Counted from the stretch's first letter, positions 1 through 7,953 are shown. The stretch is 24,000 nucleotides of DNA from an uncultured Micrococcales bacterium (GCA_903915555.1 CAIWTL010000514.1:4139-28138), one strand, 5' to 3'. The notes: a model not told the origin generated them from the letters alone. Translations and numbers: made by a program.

Positions 1-79
1 GGTCGTCGAGGTCAGCCGGGCCGAAGAACGTCAGAAGAGTCTTGTTGGCGAAATGCTTGATGTTGAACAGGATGTCCAT
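1..79 (-). CDS. Hypothetical protein, N-terminal fragment only (gene runs off the left edge)
   Basis: Absent from the ORF track because it is open-ended. A minus-strand ATG at 79..77 is preceded by GAGGAGG (91..85) with a 5-nt spacer. Hand translation gives MDILFNIKHFANKTLLTFFGPADLDD.. with mostly G/C third positions. No family recognised. Confidence 0.5.
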   Translation of the reverse strand, partial: MDILFNIKHFANKTLLTFFGPADLDD

Positions 80-103
80 GGCGGCCTCCTCAGGTCTTCT
101 CCG

Positions 104-132
104 ACATTAGAACTGTGGCAAAACTGTGGCAA
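104..132 (-). promoter_or_regulatory. Putative housekeeping-sigma promoter for the leftward gene: -35 TTGCCA (132..127), 17-nt spacer, -10 TAATGT (109..104)
   Basis: Read on the minus strand as CACTTGCCACAGTTTTGCCACAGTTCTAATGTCGG. It lies in a locally AT-richer patch about 25 nt upstream of the ATG at 79, so the predicted leader would contain only the GAGGAGG SD. Sequence-pattern prediction only. Confidence 0.4.
111..132. repeat. Perfect tandem direct repeat AACTGTGGCAA x2 (11-bp period)
   Basis: Copies at 111..121 and 122..132 are identical. A further GTGGCAAC lies at 219..226 and an inverted GTTGCC at 188..193, all in the same divergent intergenic region. Confidence 0.95.
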
Positions 133-247
133 GTGCGGACGCCCGGTCTCACCCGTTGGGACGAATGCCCGATTTCTTCGACCACGGGTTGCCGGCGTCG
201 CCCCGACCGTCCCGAAAGGTGGCAACCCCCCGACCACCGTCACTAGC

Positions 248-2095
248 GTGAAGGTCTGCCGATCAGATGGGATCACCGTGGACGACGTGCTGGACACCCC
301 GCAGTTCCGGGCCACGCTGCGCGACCTGGCGGCGGAGTCCGGCCGCTCGGAGAGCGAGTTGTACAAGGAGGCGGAGTCCGACCTGGCCGAGATGGCGACG
401 AAGGAAGGCAACCTCACGGTCTCCGGCTGGGACCGCTTCTGCCACTGGCTCGCCCGGGCCTACAAGCTCGACTATCTGCCCCAGCAGGTCGAGGACCTGA
501 AGCGACTGAACCGCGACAGTGCTCTCATCTTCCTCCCCAACCACCGCTCCTATCTCGATCCGCTCGTGCTGCGGTCGGCCCTGGAACAGCACGGGTTCCC
601 CCCCAACAACGTCCTGGGCGGCGCGAACCTGGCTCTGTGGCCGCTCAACCACGTCGGTCAACGCAACGGCATCGTGTTCATACGCCGCGAGTTCCGCGAC
701 GACCACCTCTACCGCGCGGTACTCAAGCGCTACCTGGCCTACCTGATCGAGAACCGCAAGAACCTCGAGTGGTACATCGAGGGCGGCAGGACCCGTACCG
801 GAAAACTTCGCCCACCCCGCTACGGCATCCTGAGTTACGTCGTCGATGCTTTCGCGGAGTACCCCGAGCACGACGTGCACATCGTGCCCACCTCGATCAT
901 CTACGACCAGCAGCACGAGGTCGGCGCCATCTCCGCCGAGGAGACCGGCGGCGCCAAGAAGGCCGAGAGCCTCGGTTGGCTGTTCGACTTCGCCAAGTCG
1001 CAGTCTCGCCGGCTCGGGCGCGCCCACCTGAGATTCGGCGAGCCGCTGAGCCTGCGGGACGCGGTCAAGCTCACCCTCGACGACGAGGGGAACCCGCGGC
1101 CGCGGCTGGCCGTTCCCAAGGTCGCCTTCGAGACCGCCGACCGTATCAACGCGGTCACGCCCGTCACCCCGAGCGCGCTCGTGACCTTCGCCCTGCTGGA
1201 CAACGGAGACCGGGCCATCACGGTGCCGGAGGGCCGGAAGATCCTCGAGCCACTGCTGGAGTACATCAACATCATGCAGTTGCCCGTCACCCAGACGTTC
1301 GACCTCACCGACCATGGCCCGTTGCGGGAAGCGCTGGACACTCTCGTGCGGGAGAACGTCGTGACGAAGTACTCGGGGGGAGACGAGTCGGTCTACTACG
1401 TGGAACTCGTGCACCAGCATGAGGCGGCGTTCTACAGGAACACGATCATCCACCACTTCGTCGCGCGCTCGATCGCCGAGTTGTCCCTCGTCGAGGCCGC
1501 GGAGGCGAACGCGGAGAACATCCCGGCGGCCACTTGGGCTTACGCCCGCCGCCTGAAGGACCTGCTGAAATTCGAGTTCTTCTTCCCCACGACGCGGGAG
1601 TTCGCCGTCGCCATGGAGAAGGAGATCTCCATCGTGTCCCCGGGTTGGCAGGAGGAGTCTTGGACACCCTCGGGGATCATGGACGAACTGCGGGGCCAGA
1701 AGCTCTTCCTGGCCCACCGGGTGCTCGGCCCCTTCCTCGAGGCGTACAGCCTGTTCGCCGACGAGTTGGAGAAGTACGACCCGACAGCGCAGGTGGACGA
1801 GTCCGAACTCGTCGACCGCTGTCTCGGTCTGGCGCGGCAGCACTGGATGCAGCGGAGTCTGCACACCCCCGAGTCGATCTCACGCGACTACTTCCGCAAC
1901 GCCTACCAACTCGCGGAGAACCAGCACCTGATTTCCCCCGACGAGCCCGATCTGGCCGAACGTCGACGCGCCTTCGCCGATGAGTTGCGCACCCTCGTGC
2001 GCCGGATCGACGACCTGCGCCTGCTCGCCCTTGCCTCCGGGGAACCGCTGCTCACCGAGCGGGCAGTGACGGTCCTGGGAGGGTCCAATGGCTGA
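248..2095 (+). CDS. plsB: Glycerol-3-phosphate acyltransferase, PlsB family
   Basis: ORF 53..2095. Acyltransferase blocks LPNHRSYLDPLVL (HX4D), GIVFIRREF and YIEGGRTRTGKL match PlsB-type GPATs. The ATG at 53 lies inside the divergent leftward gene, so the start is more likely GTG 248 (or GTG 278). Start uncertain, stop firm. Confidence 0.85.
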   Translation: MKVCRSDGITVDDVLDTPQFRATLRDLAAESGRSESELYKEAESDLAEMATKEGNLTVSGWDRFCHWLARAYKLDYLPQQVEDLKRLNRDSALIFLPNHRSYLDPLVLRSALEQHGFPPNNVLGGANLALWPLNHVGQRNGIVFIRREFRDDHLYRAVLKRYLAYLIENRKNLEWYIEGGRTRTGKLRPPRYGILSYVVDAFAEYPEHDVHIVPTSIIYDQQHEVGAISAEETGGAKKAESLGWLFDFAKSQSRRLGRAHLRFGEPLSLRDAVKLTLDDEGNPRPRLAVPKVAFETADRINAVTPVTPSALVTFALLDNGDRAITVPEGRKILEPLLEYINIMQLPVTQTFDLTDHGPLREALDTLVRENVVTKYSGGDESVYYVELVHQHEAAFYRNTIIHHFVARSIAELSLVEAAEANAENIPAATWAYARRLKDLLKFEFFFPTTREFAVAMEKEISIVSPGWQEESWTPSGIMDELRGQKLFLAHRVLGPFLEAYSLFADELEKYDPTAQVDESELVDRCLGLARQHWMQRSLHTPESISRDYFRNAYQLAENQHLISPDEPDLAERRRAFADELRTLVRRIDDLRLLALASGEPLLTERAVTVLGGSNG

Positions 2096-3524
2096 CATCG
2101 AGTGGCTCCTGGAGCAGATCGAGACGGGCCCGGAGGGCCCGGCAGTGGGCGCCTTCTTCGACTTCGACGGGACCCTCATCGACGGATACTCGGCCACGGC
2201 GTTCTTCCAGGAGCGCCTCAAGAAGGGCGACATCGGCGTCAAGGAACTGGTGGCGACCCTGGCCGAGACGGTGAACATCGAACGCCGCGGCCACGATGTC
2301 GACGAACTCATGCGCATCGGGGTGGGTGCGCAGGCGGGCAAGTCCTTCGACGAGCTGGAGCGATGGTCCAAGAAGGTCTTCGCCAAGAAGATCGCCGGGA
2401 AGCTCTATCCCGATGCGCGGGTCCTGATCGACGCCCACAAGCGCATGGGGCACACGGTCGTGGTGGCGTCGTCGGCCACCGAGCCCCAGATCAAGCCGAC
2501 CGCCGACGACCTGGGGGTGCGCTACATCGTGTGCACGCGGATGGCAGACGATGGCGGAGTGCTCACGGGTGCGCTGGACGGACCCATCATGTGGGGCCAG
2601 GGCAAGGCCGACGGGGTCCGGAAGTTCGCCCGCTCCCACAAGATCCGGCTCAAGGACTCCTACGCCTACAGCAACGGCGCCGAGGACGTGCCCATGCTCG
2701 AACTCGTCGGGCATCCCTGTGCGCTCAACGCCGACCCCGAACTGACCGCGGTCGCCAAGCAGCACGGCTGGCCGGTGACGTCCCTCAACAAGCCGCCGTC
2801 CACCACACCGGCGGACGTCGTGCGCAGCGCGGCGGCCATCGGCGTCTTCGCCGGCTCGGTGGGTGCCGCGGCCACGCTCGGTCTGCTCAACGGATCCCGC
2901 CGCATGGGCGCCAACATCGCCGCGAGTGCCGGTTCGGACCTCGGACTCGCCGCCGCGGGCGTCCGACTCAACATCGTCGGTGAGGAGAACGCGTGGGTCG
3001 AGCGTCCCGCGGTCTTCCTCTTCAACCACCAGAGCCAGCTCGATGTCTTCGTCCTGGGCGCCGTCCTGCGGCGAGACTTCACGGGAGTCGCCAAGAAGGA
3101 ACTCGAATACAGCCCCTTCTTCGGGCCCATCGGCTATCTCGCCGATGTCGCCTATATCGACCGTGGGAACAACCAGAAGGCCCAGCACCAGTTGGAGCCC
3201 GTCGTCGACATGCTCCGGTCGGGACGCTCTATCGCCATCGCCCCCGAGGGCACGCGCTCACCCACGAGTCGGCTGCTGCCCTTCAAGAAGGGGCCCTTCC
3301 ACATGGCCATGCAGGCCCACGTCCCGATCGTTCCGATCGTCATGCGCAACTGCGGGGAGATCATGGCGGCCCACTCGATGGTGATCCATCCCGGCACGGT
3401 GGATGTGGCGGTCCTGCCGCCGGTGTCCACCAAGGGGTGGACCAAGGAGAACCTCGACGAACACGTCAAGGAGGTCCGTGACATGTATCTCCAGACCCTG
3501 GCGGACTGGCCCACATCCCTGTGA
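2088..3524 (+). CDS. plsC: Fusion protein: HAD-IB (SerB-like) phosphatase domain + 1-acyl-sn-glycerol-3-phosphate acyltransferase (LPLAT) domain
   Basis: The N-terminal half has HAD motifs FFDFDGTLIDG, VVVASSA, GQGKADGV and SNGAEDVPML, followed by a central hydrophobic segment. The C-terminal half has FNHQSQLDVFVL (HX4D), YIDRGN and IAPEGTRS. ATG 2088 overlaps the plsB stop within ATGGCTGA, and the SD GGGAGGG lies at 2077..2083. Confidence 0.85.
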   Translation: MADIEWLLEQIETGPEGPAVGAFFDFDGTLIDGYSATAFFQERLKKGDIGVKELVATLAETVNIERRGHDVDELMRIGVGAQAGKSFDELERWSKKVFAKKIAGKLYPDARVLIDAHKRMGHTVVVASSATEPQIKPTADDLGVRYIVCTRMADDGGVLTGALDGPIMWGQGKADGVRKFARSHKIRLKDSYAYSNGAEDVPMLELVGHPCALNADPELTAVAKQHGWPVTSLNKPPSTTPADVVRSAAAIGVFAGSVGAAATLGLLNGSRRMGANIAASAGSDLGLAAAGVRLNIVGEENAWVERPAVFLFNHQSQLDVFVLGAVLRRDFTGVAKKELEYSPFFGPIGYLADVAYIDRGNNQKAQHQLEPVVDMLRSGRSIAIAPEGTRSPTSRLLPFKKGPFHMAMQAHVPIVPIVMRNCGEIMAAHSMVIHPGTVDVAVLPPVSTKGWTKENLDEHVKEVRDMYLQTLADWPTSL

Positions 3525-3610
3525 CACGGCTTCGGGTCCTCGGGCCCTGACCGGGTGGAACCGGCCCCTTGTGGTCGCCGCCCGGAGCGGTGACGGATAG
3601 GTTTGCCTGC

Positions 3611-4369
3611 ATGTCACGCACCCTGATGCCCATCCCCGCCATCACTGTCACCGGCGGCCAGTGTCCGCTGCCCCCCGCCCCGGGACCCGGCATGACCGTG
3701 GAGCACGGCAGTGTCCACGACGCCATCGAGGCCTGGCGCAAGCAGGGCGCGCACGTCGTCATGCTCATCGACGGGGACGCCCATGCGGGCGAGGGGTCCA
3801 ACGCGGCGGTCATCAAGGACGCCATCCACCACGGCCACTCGGTCAAGTTCGTGGTCGCGGGCGGCATCCACGACCAGACCTCACTCGACGAGGCGCTGGC
3901 GATGAACCCGTCGCGGGTGGTCATCGACGTCGCCACCTCCGACCGGCAGTGGCTGTACGGGATCTTCCCGCAGTTCGGTCAGCACGTCATCGCAGGCCTC
4001 CACGTCCACGGGACGGACGTCACCGACCCGTCCGGAAACCCCGTGGGCAACCTGTACGACATCGTCCTCGACCTCGAGGACAACAACTGCCCCCGCTATC
4101 TCGTGGTCGAAGCGACGAGGCGGGGTCACTGGCACCACAACGACAAGAACGTCCTGGCGGGTGTGTGCGAGTCGGTGCGCCACCCCGTGTGGGCCCAGGG
4201 GGGGATCGACCGGTTGTCGGACCTCCACTCCCTGGAGACCCTGGCCCCCCGGCTGGAGGCGGCCGTCATCGACGAGCCCCTGTACAGCGGGCGCTTCACC
4301 TTCGACGAGGCCATCACCGCCACCCAGCCGCGCTTCGACCCCTACGAGTGGGCCCCGCCGCAGCCGTGA
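3611..4369 (+). CDS. HisA/HisF-family (beta/alpha)8-barrel protein, divergent paralog of unknown function
   Basis: ORF 3569..4369, with ATG 3611 (MSRTLMPIPAITV..) chosen as start. By-eye alignment to HisA: PIPAITVTGGQCPL ~ VPAIDLxxGKxVR, GAHVVMLIDGDA ~ xxHxVDLDGA, VVAGGIHD ~ QxGGGIRS, AQGGIDRLSDL ~ AxGGIxSxxDL, AAVIDEPLYSGRF ~ GVIVGRALYEGxF. Confidence 0.6.
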   Translation: MSRTLMPIPAITVTGGQCPLPPAPGPGMTVEHGSVHDAIEAWRKQGAHVVMLIDGDAHAGEGSNAAVIKDAIHHGHSVKFVVAGGIHDQTSLDEALAMNPSRVVIDVATSDRQWLYGIFPQFGQHVIAGLHVHGTDVTDPSGNPVGNLYDIVLDLEDNNCPRYLVVEATRRGHWHHNDKNVLAGVCESVRHPVWAQGGIDRLSDLHSLETLAPRLEAAVIDEPLYSGRFTFDEAITATQPRFDPYEWAPPQP

Positions 4370-4373
4370 GCGA

Positions 4374-4997
4374 TCAGGCGCGCAGGGAGCGGGCCGGGGG
4401 CGTCGCCCCGACCGCGACGTGGGCGCTCGGTACCACGACGGGGTCCGGTGCCCGGCCGAACCGCCACACGTAGACCTCCACGCCCCGCTCCCGCCATTCC
4501 AGCGGCCTCCAACGGTGTGTGCCGATGGTCTCCCACGCGACGTAGTTGCTGTCACGCACTTTGTAGACCCCCGGGCGGACCGTCTCGAGGATGATCGCCG
4601 TGTGCAGGATGGACTCGTTGTCCCGGTCGCGGGTGGGAGGGAAGTCCTTGTTCCGGTGCTCGGGTCGGATGACCTGGATCAGGTCGCCACGCTGACCGGA
4701 CTCCGGACCGATGAGCAGGCCACCGGCGCGCTCGTACGCCCCGAAGTAGGCGCCCCCCGGCGTCCCGTAGCCGCCCACCCGGGCCCTGATCCCGTGATCG
4801 GCGAGGACCTCGTTGACCACCCGCTGCGCGAACACCTTGCACTGGTCCCCGTACCCGTCGGGGATCGACTCGGCGCGCTCGGCGATCTCCTCGGCCGGGA
4901 TCTCCCAGGCGTGGGCGAGCGCAGGGGTGAGGAGGAGCGAGGCCGCGGCGGCGAGGGACGTCAGCCCAGCACGTCGGAAGACTCTCGCTGGTGGCAT
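4374..4997 (-). CDS. Secreted CHAP / NlpC-P60-like papain-fold hydrolase (putative cell-wall amidase/peptidase)
   Basis: ORF 4374..5051, with the start taken at ATG 4997, which gives the signal peptide MPPARVFRRAGLTSLAAAASLLLTPALAHA. Ordered motifs YGDQCKVFAQRVV (Cys), GDLIQV, ILHTAIIL (His) and VRDSN fit the CHAP Cys-His-Asp/Asn arrangement. Family call by eye only. Confidence 0.55.
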   Translation of the reverse strand: MPPARVFRRAGLTSLAAAASLLLTPALAHAWEIPAEEIAERAESIPDGYGDQCKVFAQRVVNEVLADHGIRARVGGYGTPGGAYFGAYERAGGLLIGPESGQRGDLIQVIRPEHRNKDFPPTRDRDNESILHTAIILETVRPGVYKVRDSNYVAWETIGTHRWRPLEWRERGVEVYVWRFGRAPDPVVVPSAHVAVGATPPARSLRA

Positions 4998-5121
4998 GGG
5001 GCGGCCCGCCTTCTGGTTCGGGACCTGACATCTGTCGGCCCGTATCGTCACGCTGAGTGATGGTTGTCCGATGTCAGGGTGTGCGCCACCGATTTCCGTG
5101 ACAAGGGGCTCTCAAGTGACG

Positions 5122-5142
5122 TTTCCCACAGCCTGTGGAAAA
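5122..5142 (-). terminator. Weak hairpin immediately after the SulP stop (UUUUCCAC-AGGCU-GUGGGAAA on the minus-strand RNA)
   Basis: A 21-nt near-palindrome TTTCCCACAGCCTGTGGAAAA lies 4 nt downstream of the stop at 5147. There is no following U-tract, so it could equally be an operator for the downstream CHAP gene. Confidence 0.25.
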
Positions 5143-5146
5143 CCCG

Positions 5147-6826
5147 TCATGGGGACTGTCGCCTGCGGTACTCGGTGACGAGCGTCGGCAGCGTTGGATA
5201 GATGTGTTGTTCGCCGACCGCCCGCAGCACTCCGCTGGGCTCCAGTTGCTCCAGCAGTTCCCGCTTCGCCCGGACGAGACAGACCGTCAGCCCCTGCTCC
5301 TGCAGTTCCCCCACGAGCCGTTCGAACGCCTCGGCAGCGGTCGAGTCGATCGAGATGACCGCTTCACAGTTCAGCGCGAACCAGCGCAGCCCCGGCTGGC
5401 GGTCGGCCACCATGCGCCGCGCCTCCGTGAGGAAGTCGTGGGCGTTGGCGAAGAAGAGCGGTGAGTCGTAGCGGAACACGAGCAGCCCCGGGACCTCCGC
5501 CACGTCGGTGAAGTCGTCCACGTCGTGCATGCCCGGCACCCCGCGCACGAAGCCCAGTGCGGCGGCGTGGGGGCGTGCGACGCGGGCCAGCAACGCCAGC
5601 ACCGACAGTCCCACGGCGACCAGTACGCCGTTGAGGATGCCGACCAGGACCACCGCGAGGCACGTCACTACCGCCAGGGCGAACTCGATGCGGCTGAAGC
5701 GCCACAGCCGCCGGAACTCCCCGATGTCGATCAGTTGCACCGCGGCGTAGATGACAAGAGCGGCCAATCCCGCCCGGGGCAGGACGGAGAGGGCTGGGGC
5801 CACCAGCAGCAGAACCATGAGCACACACGCCGCCGCCACCAGCGAGTACCCCTGCGAGGTGGCGCGCGAGGCGCGAGCCAGGGCGGTCCGGCTGCCGCTG
5901 CTGGACACCGGCATCCCCTGGAAGAATCCGGTGAGCACGTTGGCCGCCGACATGGCCCTCAGTTCGGTGGCGCTGTCGAGGTGTTCTCCCGCCTCCCGGA
6001 AGGCGCGTCCTGTCAGCACCGTGTCCGTGAAGCCGACGAGCGCCACCCCGGCGGCCCCGAGCACGAACAGTTCGAGTCCCGCGTCCGGGATCGTCGGCAC
6101 CGCCGGTGCCGGCAGCCCCTGGGGGACGGCACCCACCAGGGGCACCGACCACCCGAGGGCGCCGAGCGCCGCGGCGGCAGCCGACGCCGCGACGACCGCG
6201 ATGAGGGGGCCCGGCAGCCGCGGGAACCACCCCGCCAGGAGGAACAGCAGCCCCAGGGTGCCTGCCGCCAGCCCGACCACGACCGGCGACGCGGTGGGCG
6301 TGGCCGTGATGACCTGGCCGAGGTGCTCGAGCAGAGCCTCCCCCTCGGTGTCGATGCCGAAGAAGGCATCCAACTGTCCGTCGATCATGAGGATCCCGAT
6401 ACCGGCCATGTAGCCCACCAGGACTGGCCGGGACAGCAGGTCGCTGACGAACGACAGGCGCAGGACGCTGCCCAGCACGCCCAGGACTCCGACGGCCAAG
6501 GCCAGTCCGGCAGCCAGCGCCGCGTAACGCTGCGGATCCCCGAGGGCGAACGGGGCGATCACGGCGGCCGTCATGAGCGCCACACTCGACTCGGGGCCGA
6601 GGCTGAGCGAGCGGGACGATCCCATCAGCGCGTAGACCACGAGGGCCGGAAGCGTCGCCCACAGTCCCACGATGGCCGGTAGCCCGGCCACGGTGGCGTA
6701 CGCCATGACCTGGGGGACCAGGTAGGCCGTCACGGTGAGCCCGGCGACGACGTTGCCCCTGGACCACGGCGCCAGCCCGGCGTTCAGTCCGGGCAGAACG
6801 CGGGTGACGAGTCCCTCCTCGGCCAT
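5147..6826 (-). CDS. SulP-family anion (sulfate/bicarbonate-type) transporter with C-terminal STAS domain
   Basis: 559-aa ORF. The N-terminus NVVAGLTVTAYLVPQVMAYATVAGLP is typical of SulP, and many hydrophobic segments follow. The C-terminal cytoplasmic region LLVFRYDSPLFFANAHDF...AVISIDSTAAEAFERLVGELQEQG resembles STAS. Confidence 0.9.
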   Translation of the reverse strand: MAEEGLVTRVLPGLNAGLAPWSRGNVVAGLTVTAYLVPQVMAYATVAGLPAIVGLWATLPALVVYALMGSSRSLSLGPESSVALMTAAVIAPFALGDPQRYAALAAGLALAVGVLGVLGSVLRLSFVSDLLSRPVLVGYMAGIGILMIDGQLDAFFGIDTEGEALLEHLGQVITATPTASPVVVGLAAGTLGLLFLLAGWFPRLPGPLIAVVAASAAAAALGALGWSVPLVGAVPQGLPAPAVPTIPDAGLELFVLGAAGVALVGFTDTVLTGRAFREAGEHLDSATELRAMSAANVLTGFFQGMPVSSSGSRTALARASRATSQGYSLVAAACVLMVLLLVAPALSVLPRAGLAALVIYAAVQLIDIGEFRRLWRFSRIEFALAVVTCLAVVLVGILNGVLVAVGLSVLALLARVARPHAAALGFVRGVPGMHDVDDFTDVAEVPGLLVFRYDSPLFFANAHDFLTEARRMVADRQPGLRWFALNCEAVISIDSTAAEAFERLVGELQEQGLTVCLVRAKRELLEQLEPSGVLRAVGEQHIYPTLPTLVTEYRRRQSP

Positions 6827-6916
6827 ACCTCCAGACTTCCACAGTCCGCATCCCGGCAGGAGTACGGTCGCGTCGATGGCGGTGGGCGCCCCTCGCCCGC
6901 GAGGAGGATCGGGAAC

Positions 6917-7177
6917 ATGTGCCGGAACATCACCCCACTGCGGGGGCTGGAGCCGCCCGCGACGGAGGCCGAGATAGAGGCCGCCGCCCTGCAGTACGTC
7001 CGCAAGGTGGGGGCACTGCAGTCGGTGAGTCCGCGGACCCAGGCCGCCGTGGACCGCGCGGTCCGGGCGATCGCCGACGCCACCGGTGAACTGCTCGCCG
7101 AGTTGCCCGAGCGCCGCCGACCGCCGGCGACCGAGCCGCCCATGCGGCGGCGTGGGAGGACTGTGGACAGCCGGTGA
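6917..7177 (+). CDS. DUF2277-family small conserved protein
   Basis: The 86-aa ORF starts MCRNITPLRGLEPPATEAEIEAAALQYVRKV, which I recognise as the conserved DUF2277 N-terminus. SD GAGGAGGA at 6901..6908. Confidence 0.75.
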   Translation: MCRNITPLRGLEPPATEAEIEAAALQYVRKVGALQSVSPRTQAAVDRAVRAIADATGELLAELPERRRPPATEPPMRRRGRTVDSR

Positions 7178-7190
7178 AGCGCCGCCCGGG

Positions 7191-7883
7191 ATGTCCTACG
7201 GTGCGGCCATGACGCAGCACTTCACCGGATACCCGACCGAGGCGATGCCTCTCCTGGCCGAGATCGGCAGCGGCGACCGCGACCGCTTCCGCGCTCTCCG
7301 CGACGAGTACAACACCCAGATCCTCGACCCGACCCGCGACCTCGTGCGCGATCTCGCCGGGCCGCTGCAGCAGATCTCTCCTGGGATCAACGCGGTCCCG
7401 GCGGTCAACGGCTCGATCTCCCCGATCAACAACGATGCCCGGTTCCACGCGGTGCCCCCCTACAAGGACTACGTCCTCCTGCGGTTCTGGGAGGGTGAGG
7501 ACAAGGCCAACAGCCCGATGCTGTTCCTCCGGATCGCTCCCGACGGCATCGGGTTCGGGGCGGGCTGGCGGTTCGCGGGCAACGACGTCGAACGCTACCG
7601 GCGGGCGGTCACCGGACCGGCCGGCGATGGTCTGGCCGAGATCCTGGCGGGTCTGACGGGACGGGTGCACGGTGAGGTCATCGGCGACCAGCTCAAGCGG
7701 GTGCCGGCCGGTCACGCGAGTGACCACCGCCACGCCGCTCTCCTGCGACGCAAGCAGTTGGGTGTGACATGGACCGAGCACGTGCCCAAGTCGTTCCACA
7801 CCGCCCGCTTCGGTCCGTGGTGCGCCCGGCGGCTCACCATCGCCGGTGATCTCCACCGCTGGTTGCGCGACAACGTTCGCTGA
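7191..7883 (+). CDS. DUF2461 (TIGR02453)-family conserved hypothetical protein
   Basis: ORF 7086..7883. Likely starts are ATG 7191 or ATG 7209 (MTQHFTGYPTEAMPLLAEI..). FTGYP..A..LL.EI, RFHAVPPYKDYVLLRFW and LKRVPAG resemble this family. Start uncertain. Confidence 0.65.
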   Translation: MSYGAAMTQHFTGYPTEAMPLLAEIGSGDRDRFRALRDEYNTQILDPTRDLVRDLAGPLQQISPGINAVPAVNGSISPINNDARFHAVPPYKDYVLLRFWEGEDKANSPMLFLRIAPDGIGFGAGWRFAGNDVERYRRAVTGPAGDGLAEILAGLTGRVHGEVIGDQLKRVPAGHASDHRHAALLRRKQLGVTWTEHVPKSFHTARFGPWCARRLTIAGDLHRWLRDNVR

Positions 7884-7953
7884 CGCCGTGCGTGTGTGAA
7901 GGGGACGGCGGCGGGGCACACCTCGGTGACCGGCCGTGATCGAAGGGAGCCCC

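Noticed and set aside
53-247. Upstream extension of the plsB ORF from ATG 53
   Set aside because: ATG 53 lies inside the divergent leftward gene (ATG at 79 with a strong SD). The extension would also run through the promoter/repeat region, and its translation (..CGKCGRPVSPVGTNARFLRPRVAG..) looks non-coding.
263-1864. 533-aa ORF antisense to plsB, plus several shorter overlapping ORFs in 267..1983
   Set aside because: Long stop-free antisense and off-frame ORFs are typical of very GC-rich DNA. The translations are Arg/Gly/Pro/Val-rich low-complexity sequence with no motifs, whereas the plus-strand frame carries clear PlsB motifs and G/C third positions.
4998-5146. Possible ydaO-type (cyclic-di-AMP) riboswitch upstream of the CHAP-like hydrolase
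   Set aside because: The context fits established knowledge, since cell-wall hydrolase leaders in Actinobacteria often carry ydaO. However, I could not find the conserved ydaO blocks (GGGGUGAAUC, CCGAAUCCGACAGCUAACCUCGUAAGCG), only loose fragments such as CCGACAG and CCCGAAC. A covariance-model scan is needed for a final answer.
5364-6851. 495-aa minus-strand off-frame ORF and 385-aa plus-strand ORF (5525..6682) overlapping the SulP gene
   Set aside because: Their translations are Arg/Gly/Pro/His-rich with no hydrophobic segments or motifs. The SulP frame explains the region fully.
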